DNA of 62,048 bases, the filler included, from Sphacelaria rigidula (taxonomy: Eukaryota): assembly GCA_964200075.2 (NCBI GenBank). It is 11 parts of 11 records of this genome, joined end to end, with 100 filler letters (N's around TTAATTAATTAA, not from the genome) between each part and the next. Parts side by side here need not be neighbours in the genome. Positions count along the whole stretch, not along the records: positions 22,601 to 28,150 come from CAXNAA020026409.1; positions 28,251 to 33,800 come from CAXNAA020026410.1; positions 33,901 to 39,450 come from CAXNAA020026411.1; 8 more parts are not named here. One strand, written 5' to 3'. The number at the start of each line of letters is the position of its first letter. Position 1 is the first letter of the stretch. The translations under genes were made by a program, and so were the position numbers. Shown piece by piece: positions 25,552-38,459 of the stretch. The notes beneath the pieces were generated by a model. The model was not told where the DNA came from. It saw only the letters and a program-made list of their open reading frames with translations, and did not search any database.

Positions 25552-27585
25552 CGCGGATCAAAGGGGGCAGGGTGAAGAAAAAGCGCACTGTTAGTATGAT
25601 GGGTTTTTCTCGTTTTGTCAGGGTTTAGTTGTGGCAGTGCACGCTTTGTTGTTACATCGTTTGGGCGTGTACATATCAGTACTTATGTGTAAGGCGTTTA
25701 CTGACTAATCAGTTCGTCCATGAGATGAAAATTAAATTTTGATACCCCCCTCCCCCCTTCCCCTCCCGGGATCGTTCTTGATGTTTTGCCTTGGTTTTTT
25801 CTCAACAGCTGCGGCTGCCATTGGTCCTGGAAGAGAGTTATGTTGTTTGAGTGGAGGATGACCTGGTTGAAATCTGCCTAAATGGTTTCGGTTTAATTCG
25901 GGAATTCACCGTTACGACAGGGTTTCCCCTTGCTGGCCTTCTCCAGAAATATTTCCCAGGCGTGGAGAACCTCACCGACTGCCTGGGGTGTTGTCGTTAC
26001 CACTTTCAATGATATACTGGCGCCTTTGTGCTCAATTTCGAGGCGCGCTCATGATCAAAGACGGGTACGAGGGGAATCGGGGGTATTCGCTGCTGGATAC
26101 TTTCAGAGCAAAGGACATGATGGTCTGTTGATCGTTGACTGTTGGCAGCATGAGTAACCTGTGTTGAACAGGGGGTTTCTCACAGTGTCCTTCTGAACAT
26201 CAATTTTTTTGGTGACTGGTGAGTAGTAAACAATCCGTTGGCGTAAGATGTGAACCGTGTACACAGTACAGGTGGAAATTTGAGGTTCCCAACCGAAAAT
26301 TTGACGTGTTAATCGAATTCCACCTGACTCGAAGGTTTTACTCAAAACATGAAGTTGCTTCCAAGAGCTCAACGGTCCGGAGACAGGTTGAAGATTCAAC
26401 TCGAACGTGCGGGTACGAACTCCACTCGCGGGGTAAAACAGGCTCGGCGTGATCTTTGCAATACCTTAAGGCAAACTTCCTCATGGGCAGACACCGACTG
26501 CACGCAGATGTATTTCGAAAATCTCAAGACAGGAGGATGCGATCACCTACAACACGCTGTCTTGAGCGGGAATCTCGAAGCATAGCCTCTTCACAGTAGC
26601 AATCCCCACAACAGAAATATCTAAAATAGAGGTGGAAGCTCCCTCCATATCGCCACGAGATATGGTTTTAAGAGTAAACAGATCATCAACATTTTAGAGA
26701 ACCTCTACGATGAACCAAAGGTCGCACACAATTCCTAAAACCAAGACTCGGGAGAGTTTCGGAAAACAATTTTTTGAGCCAAAAAGTCAGGGATAATTTG
26801 CGTCTTCGTACTAAAATCCAATCAAACGATAATTATCCCTGAGTTTTTCCCGGCCTGTTTTTGTTTTCCGAAAAGATACCGATGCCGGAATATCATCATT
26901 AGCGAACGTTCCCCTGGATATGCGATCGAGGTCTCGACTACAATGTATCGAACACATGCAAGATGGCACACAAGACAAAACAAGACGCCGGGCCCAGCAA
27001 AGCTGGCATTAAAATGGCACGGCGACCTGAAAACGGATACAAATTCATTCGAAGAGGTTAGAACCCGAAGACGACCACGACAGCCAGACCATGCACAGTG
27101 ATGCGACAACCAAGAAGGGAACAACCCATGCACAAGAGGAAGCTCATACGCCCGACATACCTGACAACATAGTAGAGCGGGAACCACTGAAAAACAGTTC
27201 ACCACACATGCTCCCCGAGTGAGAAGCGGCTTTCACAGCTTTGTGGACCATGTGAACGTTCATTGCAGAAGACCTACTGACACTATTTTCGAGTTCAGGG
27301 TATATGGACCACTGGATATCGCGGGTAATCGCAAAAGTAGGGGGAGCATTACAACAATTTCGTATCGTTTCGCCAAAGACAAGTCCGATATACGATGTTA
27401 CGATGCCCCCCCCCCCCCCCCCCCCCCTCCCTCTTAACGGGAAGTAAACAAGGAGGGAGGGGGAGGGCTGGGGGGGGGAAGGCGGGAGGGGAAAGAAGAT
27501 GGCAAGGNNNNNNNNNNCCCCAACAAAAGCCCCTAATCTATTTTTTCCGAGCCCCCCCCCCCCCCCCTCCCCACTTCACTCGTAA

Positions 27586-27906
27586 CGTGAAGTATACAAG
27601 GAGGGACGGGACGTGCTGGAGGGGGAAATGCGGGACGTGAACGAAGATGGCATGGAATCTTCGGGTGCATTGGACAGTCGCGATAAAACGATTGCTATAC
27701 GAGGAGAGAGATGGTGGCCACAGACGGCGAGACAGGACCGGGATAAGATACGCAAAACGTTTTTGTGTAGTCTAGGGTGTGGAAGAAACGTAATGAGCAC
27801 CTAAATGTTGGAGGTGTCTCTACTAGGAGTAGGAATGGTGCTCCGTCTCGAGAGGGATGTGTGGTCAATGGTCAAACGACTAAGGTAAGCAATAAATGAG
27901 TACGCC
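27586..27906 (+). mobile_element. LINE ORF2 C-terminal relic, longest copy of the C-tailed family
   Basis: Translates with frameshifts as ...VLEGEMRDVNEDGMESSGALDSRDKTIAIRGERWWPQTARQDRDKIRKTFLC / WKKRNEHLNVGGVSTRSRNGAPSREGCVVNGQTTKVSNK*. Family assignment is by recall of brown-algal LINE C-termini and needs a search. Confidence 0.7.
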
Positions 27907-29380
27907 AGTCTGATCCGGCGAGAACCCGGCGTGCTCCGTCCCGGCTTTGTAGGGGCGAACCCCCAATGGGGTTGGCATCTGTCGGTGATGACGCTATAAA
28001 ACACGCCACTCACTGCGGAAGCTAGGCAACCAAGTTGCCGTTTTTTTTTGCCCGCTTGCGTTTTTTTTTTTTCGGTAACCATGATGGTGGTCGAGCTAGA
28101 TCATGTTGTGCGGCGTGGGAGAACCTCCACTCCGCACAATGGGGATGATCNNNNNNNNNNNNNNNNNNNNNNNNNNNNNNNNNNNNNNNNNNNNTTAATT
28201 AATTAANNNNNNNNNNNNNNNNNNNNNNNNNNNNNNNNNNNNNNNNNNNNGAAGGTGGGGGGAAGTGAAGATCATCTACTGCAGATATTGCACTGTTTCG
28301 ACACTCAATTGAAGTCTGCCAGGGCTTGAACGACGGCTAGTGTCTAGTAGTACCTGCCTGTAGAGGTTCGGCTTCGTGACGTTCGTCAGTAGTGAGTAAT
28401 CTTCTATAGCGTGAAGGACAGGCATGTTGGAAAATGACGTTTTCCCTTGTACACACATTTACAACTTGCTTTAGGGGTATCCATCGCTGGTTTGTCAGTT
28501 GTACTGGATGGAATCGAGCCAGACTGCAATCAGAAGGTAGCCTTAGACATATACTACAGCTGTGTATCGCCTTAGTTGCTATTTAACCTTCTGTACATTT
28601 CTTAGACTCCGTCGCGTCTTCATTTTGGGGGTGGTGGTGGGAAACGTGACACTAACCCCCGGCGTAACACTGTGTCATTATCATCTGATATATGTGAGTG
28701 GTAGTTTTTTTTTAACTTTGTGCGTTCATATCGTACTGCAATACTCATTGTGCTTAACGTTGTTAGGAAACCACGCTTCGGAGCTCATTTACTCAAGGCT
28801 TTGTGACGTGTTGTTGTGTATGTGATCGTCGGACAAGTAGAGCAGTGCATGTAATACAGTAGATAGTAGTCCAATCGCCGGTACTGCTTATGATATCTCG
28901 GTCTAAAGTGAGACGTAGTATGCAGCAACCTACCTTCATTGCTGCTTGCTTCTTTCTCGACCGCCTTCTACACCGTGGGTTCTTCTGGACGGCCTTGCCC
29001 ACAAGCGGCAATTCTAACACCATCTTCTGTCTACACTTCTAGCGCGGCATATATGCTCGGTTGGCCTAACCGCCACTGGCGCCAGCCCGAACACGCGCCA
29101 AGAAAACCTCCACGGGTCATCTTCTAACAAACGCGTGTATCTGGTTAGAATATCAGCTCCTATTAAACCCGAGAATCCTCGTACTTTGGTTTGATTCTTA
29201 CTCCCACCTTTTACTCAGAGTATTTTTTCCCTCAGTGTACCGACCGCTCATGTTCACTTCTGTATCGAGTACAATATGCACTGGAAAACGCTACTGTGCA
29301 GCGTACTCGCCTGGATTGGCACTACAGTGGATTGTTGTGAAACCCTGTGCGCATGGTGTATAATAAGGTGTCGAAACATT

Positions 29381-29705
29381 ACCTTTCCAACGTGCGGCTT
29401 GCCCAGGATATCGAATTATTACCCTGTCAGTATGTGCTCTTGCACAAGGTGTGGAATTATCACCCTGTCAAGGTGGGCCTTAGTACAAGGTATTGTAACA
29501 TTACCTTGCCAGCGTGGATACTTGTCCAGGGCATGGGATATCACCCTGCCAAGGTCAGTCCTGGCGCGAGGTATTGACACACTACCCTGTGCAAGGTCTA
29601 CAAATGTAGAAGGTATTACCATCAAACCCTGTCAAGGTTTTCATACCGACAAGGTACTGTCACGCGACCCTGGCAGGGTGCTATGCCCTGTACAAGGTCA
29701 TCGCA
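29381..29705. repeat. Degenerate ~41-bp tandem repeat (about 8 units)
   Basis: ACC(C/T)T unit starts at 29381, 29421, 29462, 29503, 29543, 29584, 29626, 29667; second conserved block (A)CAAGGT. Confidence 0.8.
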
Positions 29706-30251
29706 GGGTCCCCACAGGGTCTTTATCCTGACAGGCACCCCACAGGATGTAGCCGAGTGTCCACCGGTGAAACTCCGCGGAATCTTTCTCGGCGATGGCC
29801 TTCCACGCCCTGGTCCCTTGCGGAGTAAACCCTACGGAGAAGATATCCACGAGTGGCGGGTGTAGGGAGGAGGGGGGGGGGCGTACTCATGGGAGGGGGG
29901 GGGGGGGGGTGGTCGGGGCACGGTACAGAGTAGTACGTCGAGTATCGGGTGGTACGTACAATACTGGCACCACCTTTAGCCGCAGTACTTGCAACACCTC
30001 TACAGACCGTCAATGCAGTACCTCTATACTCGTAAAGAGTACGTGCAAGCAACAGAACACACCGAGACAGCAATGAGCAGGCAACCGCCAAGGGCTTTGT
30101 CGGCCAAGAATGCGGCGAGAATAATACCGTTCCAAACGCAGCATAACTGAGAGCAGACAAACACCACTCCACAGCAACAGCCTCTGGCTCTAGCTCTAGG
30201 CACATGCGTTGTACCATATAAACGGAACGGCTCTTGACAGACTGTAAATCA

Positions 30252-30826
30252 CCTGTCTCGTCAGTGTTCCATCTGTGGTCGGTTGCTGGCTTCTCCTTGT
30301 CCACGTAATCCTCACAGGCCGCATAAAACTCCGGCATGCGATCTTCTTCGTCGGCCGAACCACCCTGTTGGCCTTGTAGATGCGGTTGCTGCGTTCACCT
30401 AGCCGCGGGTGCCTCCGAAGGAACAGATCTAGCCATTTTCGACCTGATCCTACTGTCTGATCCTATGGCACCGATCGATTGTCGCTGCAGAGTGCCATAA
30501 TCGCCTGTTTCAGGCCATCTCTACTCAGGCCCGTTGACGAGCTGCAACAAAATTTCAGCATATCTTCGATGGAATTTTCTTCCTCCATCGACAGTACAGT
30601 ACCCAGACCAACCCTGCCAGCTATGCCCACGCTACCACTGACACTACCACTGACACGCTTCTGCAGCGAACCAACGGGAGACGTCAAAGGTCAGCGCAGC
30701 AGCATGGAAGATCATGCAACCGCTGCGTACCGCTTCTACAGCCTCTGCTGCACGTTCCGGGTCCACCCTTGCCTCTGCATGCTTAGCAGCCGATCCACCA
30801 AAATGCTTTTTTGGAGAAAGGCACAC
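30252..30826 (-). pseudogene. pogo/Fot1-type (Tc1/mariner superfamily) transposase relic
   Basis: psq-like HTH (AAEAVEAVRSGCM..AAALTFDV/GSLQKRVSG), CENP-B-like HTH (LSMEEENSIEDML...GRKWLDLFLRRHPRL) and first catalytic motif WNTDETG; one stop and at least two frameshifts. Confidence 0.8.
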
Positions 30827-33800
30827 ACGCGCTTATTTGCAGTGCTGTGGGATGGTGTTTTCTGATGCAAAAGGCACTTGCAGTGGCTCAAAAGAAGCAT
30901 CGTGCTCTTGTGCACACGCAGCAGAAAACATAATGGAAAACGGTGAATATTTCGCGGAATTATGGATGATTAAACAAAAAGGGTTCCTGTGTTGGTACTG
31001 TTTCGTAAAAGGGACGTTCACTCTACCATGATAACATTTATGGAATCATGTTCCGTGTCGTGTGCCTCGACTACCTACCACTACTGGTAGTCCGGGAAAA
31101 TTTGGTGAGGAGTGAGATAATGATGCTACTTTGGCTACAGGCTGTCGCTACCGTACGCTCGTGTGTTGTACATAGTGTGTGTGAGCATTGCCGGCATCCG
31201 ATCATCAGGATAGGGCGTGCGAGGAGCAGAGGGAAATATACGAATCTCGCAAAGCACGCTAGAGTTTTCGGTATTGATCAGTGTTTGTTGATCAATTTCC
31301 TTCGACAGTTTTAACAAAAATGTTTCAAAAATCATAAAAACAAAACCAACAAAAGCAAATGTCAGGAATCATAACAATTTTCGAAAAATTGCCCTCCGGG
31401 AGGGGGGGGGGCTCCGTGTCAGAAATTTCCTTCTTGAAAGACCCTTGATGAAAAACAAACATTCCGATCTGATAGACCTTGATTTCAACTATCTTTAAAA
31501 AAAGCCACTATAGTTGAAATCGCGACCTATCAGAGCGGATTTTTCTTTTTTCATCGCGCATTCTCGGTCGAGAAATAATGTGCGAAGACACAAGGCTCTG
31601 ACTCCATTTGCAGCCGCAGAAAAAGTAGAATTCCGTATTTTTGCGCAAAAAAACGGCTGTGAAAGAACAGCAGGAAAAACGATATATGTCGCAGATTTTC
31701 ATAAAATACCGCAGATTTTAGAGAAGGCAGAGCATGATTGGCGCAGGTTCCCAATAGGACAGCGCGACTTGAGATTTCCCCTGGCAAAAAACCTGCAGAC
31801 AGACTGAGACACCTCTTACTTTCAGGGTCCTACACGTTTTACGTTCACGTTTCACGTTTCACGTTTCACGTCAACCGTTCAGCCAGGCTAGTATCACGGT
31901 GAGGGACGGGGATCACGTGGGGAGCTCTGTTCAAAAGTTAGGTCAAATCAGGGCTCCCCACGTGGTCCCCCACCGACGACTAATTTTCGACGTACACATT
32001 TAACGCTGAACGTGTATCATGTAGGATCCTGTCTCCTTTCGCGCATGACATACTTCCAATCCAAGACCCTCCTTTTCGGCAATATCTTCAACCGCTGGGG
32101 GTTCATTTTGTGTGCGAAACCCCAGCGCGCATTCGTTGCTGCTTCACGGACTCTCAGATCTTCTCATCTCCTCATCTGCAGCTGCACAGCAGCAATATAT
32201 AATGAACAACAGTCCGTACACACATGCAAACACTGCAGACTACTGACAGTACACAGTACACAGTCACAGTACACAGTACACAGTACACAGTACAGATGCG
32301 TATGGGGGGTTTCAGCAAGAGCACAAACCTACTCGTCGGCTATAGCGATGATGAGAAGGGGGAGTAGAGCAGCAGCAGCAGCAGGGATGAGTTCGGTGCT
32401 GGTCGTGAGGAGTGTGGTCCTTCGCGGGTGCCGCGATCAACCCGCGAAGACGACGGCAGCGACGACGATTGCGAGATGGTTTCAGTACTCCAAGGAGCTC
32501 TTACAACCGGTTAGCCTCTGTTGGGTTCAAAATTGAAGCAGAAATTATTTTGCGTTGAGAGTGGCGAGTAGTGATATCTGTCGATCCCAAACTTTCGAAT
32601 CAAATGCTCCCCACGGTAGGTTGTGAAGGGGCTGGTGGCGTGTGGCACTGTCTAAATAAATTTGGGAGGCTAACTGTCTCACTAGGCAGTCTCGAAGAGT
32701 TGCACGGTAGCTGTTAAGCTCACTTTGCTGTGCGCAGCAGAATATACATGAATAGAAGTTTCGAGAGTGTGCCGTGGCCGCCTAGTCGGCCGAATAAAAT
32801 AACACGTAGTCTCTCCCGAGAGAGGTGCAAAAAGAAGAGTGAAAGCCGTGGGTGATCGACGTTGTCGATCATGGGCCGCAATAACTCTCAGAACAAAGCA
32901 AAAGAGTTCCAACTACCGACAGGAGAAATAACAGTGTCCTGCACACACGTATAATACCCCATTGCCTGCTCAGAAGTCACCGTATCCGGATCAAGCTCCC
33001 ATTCAATTATCATTAGTTAACAAAAAATTCCCTTCCTAGTTGCCTTGCTACAGCACTGTACTGTGATGAACTATGTTAACCGGTTTAGTTCACTACCCAC
33101 AACGATAAACCGTATAGGTTTCGCTTGTACTTATGTCTGCTATAGAAACTGATCTTCAAAATGAAGAAAATAGACTGCCTTGTACCTATGTGTTTCCAAC
33201 AGTTGTTCGTGGTACATGAAAAATCAAAAACATCTACGAGTAGAAATACACAAGAAAAAATAAAGTTCCAACTTCGACTCCTCCGTGACCCAGGAGTGGT
33301 TCCGCGATAGCTCCCCCCCCCCCCCCCCCGAAAAAAGGCGCCTTTTAAAAGCAAAAAGGGGACGGGGCTTCTTAAATCCCAAACCGGCCCCAAACGGGCG
33401 CCGGNNNNNNNNNNCAGGAGTGGCGCCGGCATAGCCCCCCCCCCCCCCCGAGAAAAGAGGCCGCTTTGAAAAGGCAAGACGTGCATGCGATTCATAATGC
33501 CAAAAGCCGAGCACAACGGGCAGCTGAGAATCCCTACGCTTGGGATCGTTTTCGCCAATGTCGCCCATATTAGGCGCTTCATGCAGTTTGAGACAGGCCA
33601 TCACGCTATGTATGGCCACTTCCTTCGTGACAGTTTTGGGACTGGATTGGGGGCGGGAGCGGGAGGGATGGGGGCGGGTGCGACATCACTCCTAGAAGGT
33701 TCCCTTTCTCTTTCGGAAATAGGATTTTCTGCTGCTGATAGTATCAGCGCGGGCAAGAAAATTGGCACAAACGCTGTAGAGTGAAGGAAGAGGGGTAATT

Positions 33801-33900
33801 NNNNNNNNNNNNNNNNNNNNNNNNNNNNNNNNNNNNNNNNNNNNTTAATTAATTAANNNNNNNNNNNNNNNNNNNNNNNNNNNNNNNNNNNNNNNNNNNN

Positions 33901-33962
33901 CACATTCTGCCACTATATGATTTCTGGTCTCTATTGCTTTGCCACAGAGGCAATTCTGTCGA
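33901..33962 (-). mobile_element. LINE ORF2 CCHC zinc-knuckle fragment
   Basis: QNCLCGKAIETRNHIVAEC fits C-x-C-x5-E(S/T)xxH-x4-C; truncated by the contig end. Confidence 0.6.
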
Positions 33963-35541
33963 TCGGGGGGTATTATCTTCTCTGTCCCCCCAACGAGAGC
34001 GGGATGACTAGTCACCAGCATCGTTGACGGCGAATAATAGTACATACGCGACGATAAAGGGCCTCTGGAGCCCTGACTGTCGTTACCATTTCCGGTACGC
34101 CACCGCTGCGAGCTGTGAAGGAGTCCCGAAAGTATTTGCGGTCTGTCCGACTACGGCACATGTTCAGTACCACCCGAGTATCTTGGGCAGGGAGGAATGA
34201 ACTCGTCGTTTGCCCCTCCGACCGCGTATTCCCTGACCGTAACGTACCGTAGGCGGTTAGTGTCGACGCTCCGTGATGTGGGAAACCTGGAGGTCCGTCG
34301 AGCTTTCAAGCTGTGTGCGGTGAGCCCAACAACTCTGCACTGAACACACTACGCGTAGATCGTGTTGTGTATGCAGAGCTGTTCTTGTTCCAGAGACACG
34401 TGTTTGGTGTCAGGATAGTCAATTAGGCATGCACATGCCTTTCAGGTAGAGTGAAAAGCAAATACGAGCGTCAACGGTTTTGGGGTGAAAGAAACGATCC
34501 CAACGACTCTACGATAGTTGTTATCTTCACGTCTGCGCGTTGATTCCATGCGTCTGCGCGGGGTTGATTGCAAGCTTGTTATACCCGCCGTGCTGTAAAA
34601 ATGCGACCTTCTTGTCGCGTCCGCCAGAGCTTGACCTGTCGAACGCGAACAAATCGACCACTGCGTTGAGGGCGGCTCGTCCATCAAATGAAAAGTAGTA
34701 CAGACCTAGCAAGTTGGTCCACCGGAGATATACGTCGGGGAAACTTCAAAACAAGACACAGCTTTATCTACACACAGTACACCCACTCAAGCTCTTACGG
34801 GGCGAAATTTTCCTTCCACCTTTTTTGCGGTCAGGCGGAAGGTGTCTCGAGCGAAATCAGTAGGTCAGAGGCTGTTCATGTCTTGGAGTACGCAGGAATC
34901 CGTCAGGTGAGCACTTGTTCTTTGTCCACGGTATCGTAGCCACCGCAAACTCCCTGTCTGGCGTCCGCAATAAAAGGTATTTATCGCTCGTGGTCCTTCA
35001 GTGATCATCTGACGAAGCGGGTGAGGAAAAAGACGGGGGATCCTGCACGTATTGTCGCGTCCGTGAGCTATAAGAGTATTTCTTCTGAGTAGGCCTTTGC
35101 AGTGGCTGGCAGAATTTCGCGAGGCGCCACTTTGATGAACGTGAGTGACTTTCCTCCATCCCGCAACCTCGTATGCATTCCGATTCTTTGCGGGCTGAGT
35201 TCTGCTATCCTTCAACTCTGCACGCGCCTCCGCCCACAACACGAACCCGAACCTCAATAAACGACACTACCAACTACTACTACTGTGCCCTTTCATCGCG
35301 CATTTGTCTCACGCCACACCTCACTCACGACGAACAGACAACAGTAGCGACCGCGGGCAAGGTGCACATTCCGTCTGCATCGAGTGCAGGCCACTACCGT
35401 AACAACCAGCGCCGACTAAAACGGAACAAGCGCCGACTACCGCGAGCACCCCTCACTGGAGCTACCGGCCGCCAGCGCGGCGTAGGTCAACCTCGCCGCA
35501 ACATGCACCATCCGGGTCCCTGGACCTTGGGTCGTTTGCAG

Positions 35542-35952
35542 GAGCTGTTGAAATCGAGTCCTAAGTCTGGAGCCCTGGCGACCTGCGGAACAGGTCACGC
35601 GGGGGACGGTAGGGTAGTGAAGACTGCCGCTGTGTGTCCAACTGAGGGTGAGCCGGGTGCGACTCGGAGCGAGGAGGCCCAGAGGGTGAAGAGACCAAGT
35701 ATGGAGAGGCGGGGGATGGGTTCGGGCGGTGATAACGGTTTGGCGAGAAATTCCGGGCGTGTTTCGAAGGATTTGTGTAATGACAGTGATGATGATCGTG
35801 ATGATGATCGTGATGATCGTGAGGAGGAGGATGATAACTTTGATGATGGTGGCGATGACGGCGATGGTGAGAGTGACGCCAGCGATGAAGTTTCGGTGGA
35901 TCTTGAGCTCGTGGATGACGTCACGTGCGACGAAGGGTTCGAGCTGGGCGAG
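35542..35952 (+). CDS. Possible exon of an unknown protein with an acidic D/E tract
   Basis: Open frame within ORF 35173-36006; tttgcag| acceptor and GAG|GTGAGT donor, phase 0/0; no recognisable domain. Confidence 0.3.
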
Positions 35953-36870
35953 GTGAGTACAGTACACGGGTTCGTGCATGTTGCCATTTGTTTTTTTTTC
36001 GCTTGATTTTGTTTTACCCTCGCCGTTGTGCGGTGTTTGTGCGGAGTCTGCTGCGCACGTAGTTGAGCTGCTTCGACAGGGTGCTTTCGAGATCTTCGCT
36101 TAGGTCACCTTTGACTTGCCTGAGCTCTGTAAGATGAAGCGCGGAGAAAGGGCATCGGAGCGGAGACGAGTCGGATTTTGTGTCTTCGGCAAAGTATCGG
36201 GCCAAAATTGGTGGAGGGTATATCACATCACCCGCCAGCGAAATCGCCTCTTGGACAACAGGGCACTATGAACGTCAGCGTCTGGTGGGTCGTGCCGGGC
36301 AACCTGACTATAATAGACCCTCTAGCGAGGAATTTCTGGGTGAGGTGGGTGCTGTTGTCTCTAGCTTCTGACCGACCGCGGTCCCCCTGGAAACGCCCTG
36401 GATTATATAACGTCGCGCACACGACAGGTGGCGCTTCTTTTCAAGGCTGCGGCAGTTCGCCAAACAGTCCTGGAGAGAGCTGCCCGCATAGTGCAACTAT
36501 TGGTGCTGAGAGGCCTACCAAAAGCACTCGCAGAAAAAAGGTACGCACGTAGAACAAAGAATGCTCAACGCGGTTATGACGACCGGAGATAGTCAGCACT
36601 ACTCAGCATATTCAAACAGTCCGCACCGACGTGTTGAGGGTACCTACACCGTGAGTCGGCTAGTAGTGATGAGGGTGTTTGCACGAAGTACAGAGACATA
36701 TCATCAAGGTGCGCGCTTGCGCTGTATCTCAGAAAACGTTCGCAAAGGCAGCAGAAACATATCCTGTTGCTTTTTTTCCTAGAGCAAAGTACGTCTAGAT
36801 GTCAATTTTTTCGATCAACTTGCTTACCACCCTTAGAGCTACTTCGAATCTCGCCCCCACCCCCCACCCC

Positions 36871-36945
36871 TCCGTCTCGAAAGGGATGCGTGGTCAATGG
36901 TCAAACGACTAAGGCAAGCAACAAATGAGCCCCCCTTGCCCCCTC
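36871..36945 (+). mobile_element. LINE 3' end fragment (~60 bp) between C-rich tracts
   Basis: cccccacccc-tccgtctcgaaagggatgcgtggtcaatggtcaaacgactaaggcaagcaacaaatgag-cccccc. Confidence 0.85.
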
Positions 36946-38459
36946 CGTCTGACCCCCCTCCTTCTCGATACCAATAATTCTGGCAGGGATGCTCGGACAA
37001 TCCTCATGAGCCGTGCGAGAACCGCGGGCAGGGAGAAGGCTATGCATGCCTTCGAAACTCTGCTTCACGTTAGTCAGGATGCTCGGCACATTTCGGCTGA
37101 GAGTTAAGTGCCGCCATGAGATGTAACCCTCTCACGGTGCCTTCAAGTTACGGGGGAAAGTGCCGGAACGTGGGAGTTTGGGGACACTTCGGCGGTACAT
37201 ATAAACGGTACAAGTAGACGTAGTGTTGTGACGTTTGTCCAATCGCTCCAAATGAAATGAGTACAAGTAGTGTGGAGCTCTATGTGGGGAGGGATACATG
37301 TATAACCCTACCGAGCTGTTTGCACGCGTGTAATATATGTATAACTCTACCGAGCTTTCTGTGCGCGTGTGTAGCATATCAAATAGCAGCGGGTACGGGC
37401 AGTTATTTACGGTGCGTAGTATGGGTAGTGGTGCTTTCCCTTTTTCAACTCTTGTTGAAAAAGCGTGTGATGTGGTCAACAGATCCCGAAGAATGGCTCG
37501 ATAGAATGGGCGACGGAAGCAACAGCGAAGGTCATTAGATATGCTTGTTTTCGTCTTGTCAGAGATGCTTCCGCTTGCACGGGAAAAGAAACATTCCAAA
37601 CCATCGTGCTGTGGAGGTACAACGTAGGATTTCGCCCAGTGTTGAGAGCTGTCCAACGAGTTTGGGTGCAATGCCGTGAGCGGAGTTGGAAGGGATCGAG
37701 AAAATGGGACAAAAAAGTGGTTATTTCAATTCGGTGGATCAGAATCCATTCCGCAGCTTTCTCCAGTGTCTCATGAGCGAAATATGGCCCTGGGCGTTGG
37801 ATTTCCATGTGTCAACTTTCAGCTCACAACAGGCGTTTGTGGAGGTGGTACAATCCATGGGGGCCCGTTTAAAGAGTGAAAAGCCTGGATTCGTTTCTGA
37901 GCTTCAACATTTGGGTGAGGTTCAACGGATCATCGACATTCCATTCGTTGTGTTCAAAAGGCTCGAGATTCGCAACCGGTTTCGACCATGTAACCCTAAC
38001 CCAGAAGTTTTTGCACGGCAGCGCAAGCATGATGATGAGCAGTCCAACAAAAAAAATGCCGTCATTGATTGTCCTGCATTTTTTAACAGGGTCTGCGTCT
38101 AAGCGCTACGGAACACGTAACAAAACATGCTGATAACATACTTCTTTAGACTAGCCGTCGAGTTTTCGAGCACCTCTTTTCGAGTATCTGAGAGAGACTT
38201 CATACTGTTGCGCCGGCGACGACCGCCGTCAGCGAAACGATCCAATGCGGGGACAGACGCCAGCGATCTTTGAAACGCAGCATCATTCAGCAGTCTGCTG
38301 AGATATACCATCACCAGAGTACAGCATCACTACAGTACAGTTGTCAGTTTGATGAAATGGACTCCCCACAATAAAGCTGCAGATACACACAACGGGGGTA
38401 AGGGTTAGTCCCACGCTTAGGGTTGTTTCGCCAGTAGTGCCCATGCGAGGCGCTTCATC

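Noticed and set aside
26162..26691. Possible solo LTR (TGTTGA...TCAACA)
   Set aside because: No target-site duplication and no second copy in the window.
27900..27990. Hammerhead ribozyme in the retroposon end
   Set aside because: The required CUGAnGA core with paired stems and GAAA is not present.
29381..29705. CRISPR-like appearance of the 41-bp array
   Set aside because: No identical direct repeats with unique spacers, no cas genes, eukaryotic context.
33291..33480. Apparent tandem duplication around the 10-N gap
   Set aside because: Both copies flank a gap and degrade after a C homopolymer, typical of low-quality read ends; the same caution applies to 27405-27570 and 6814-6900.
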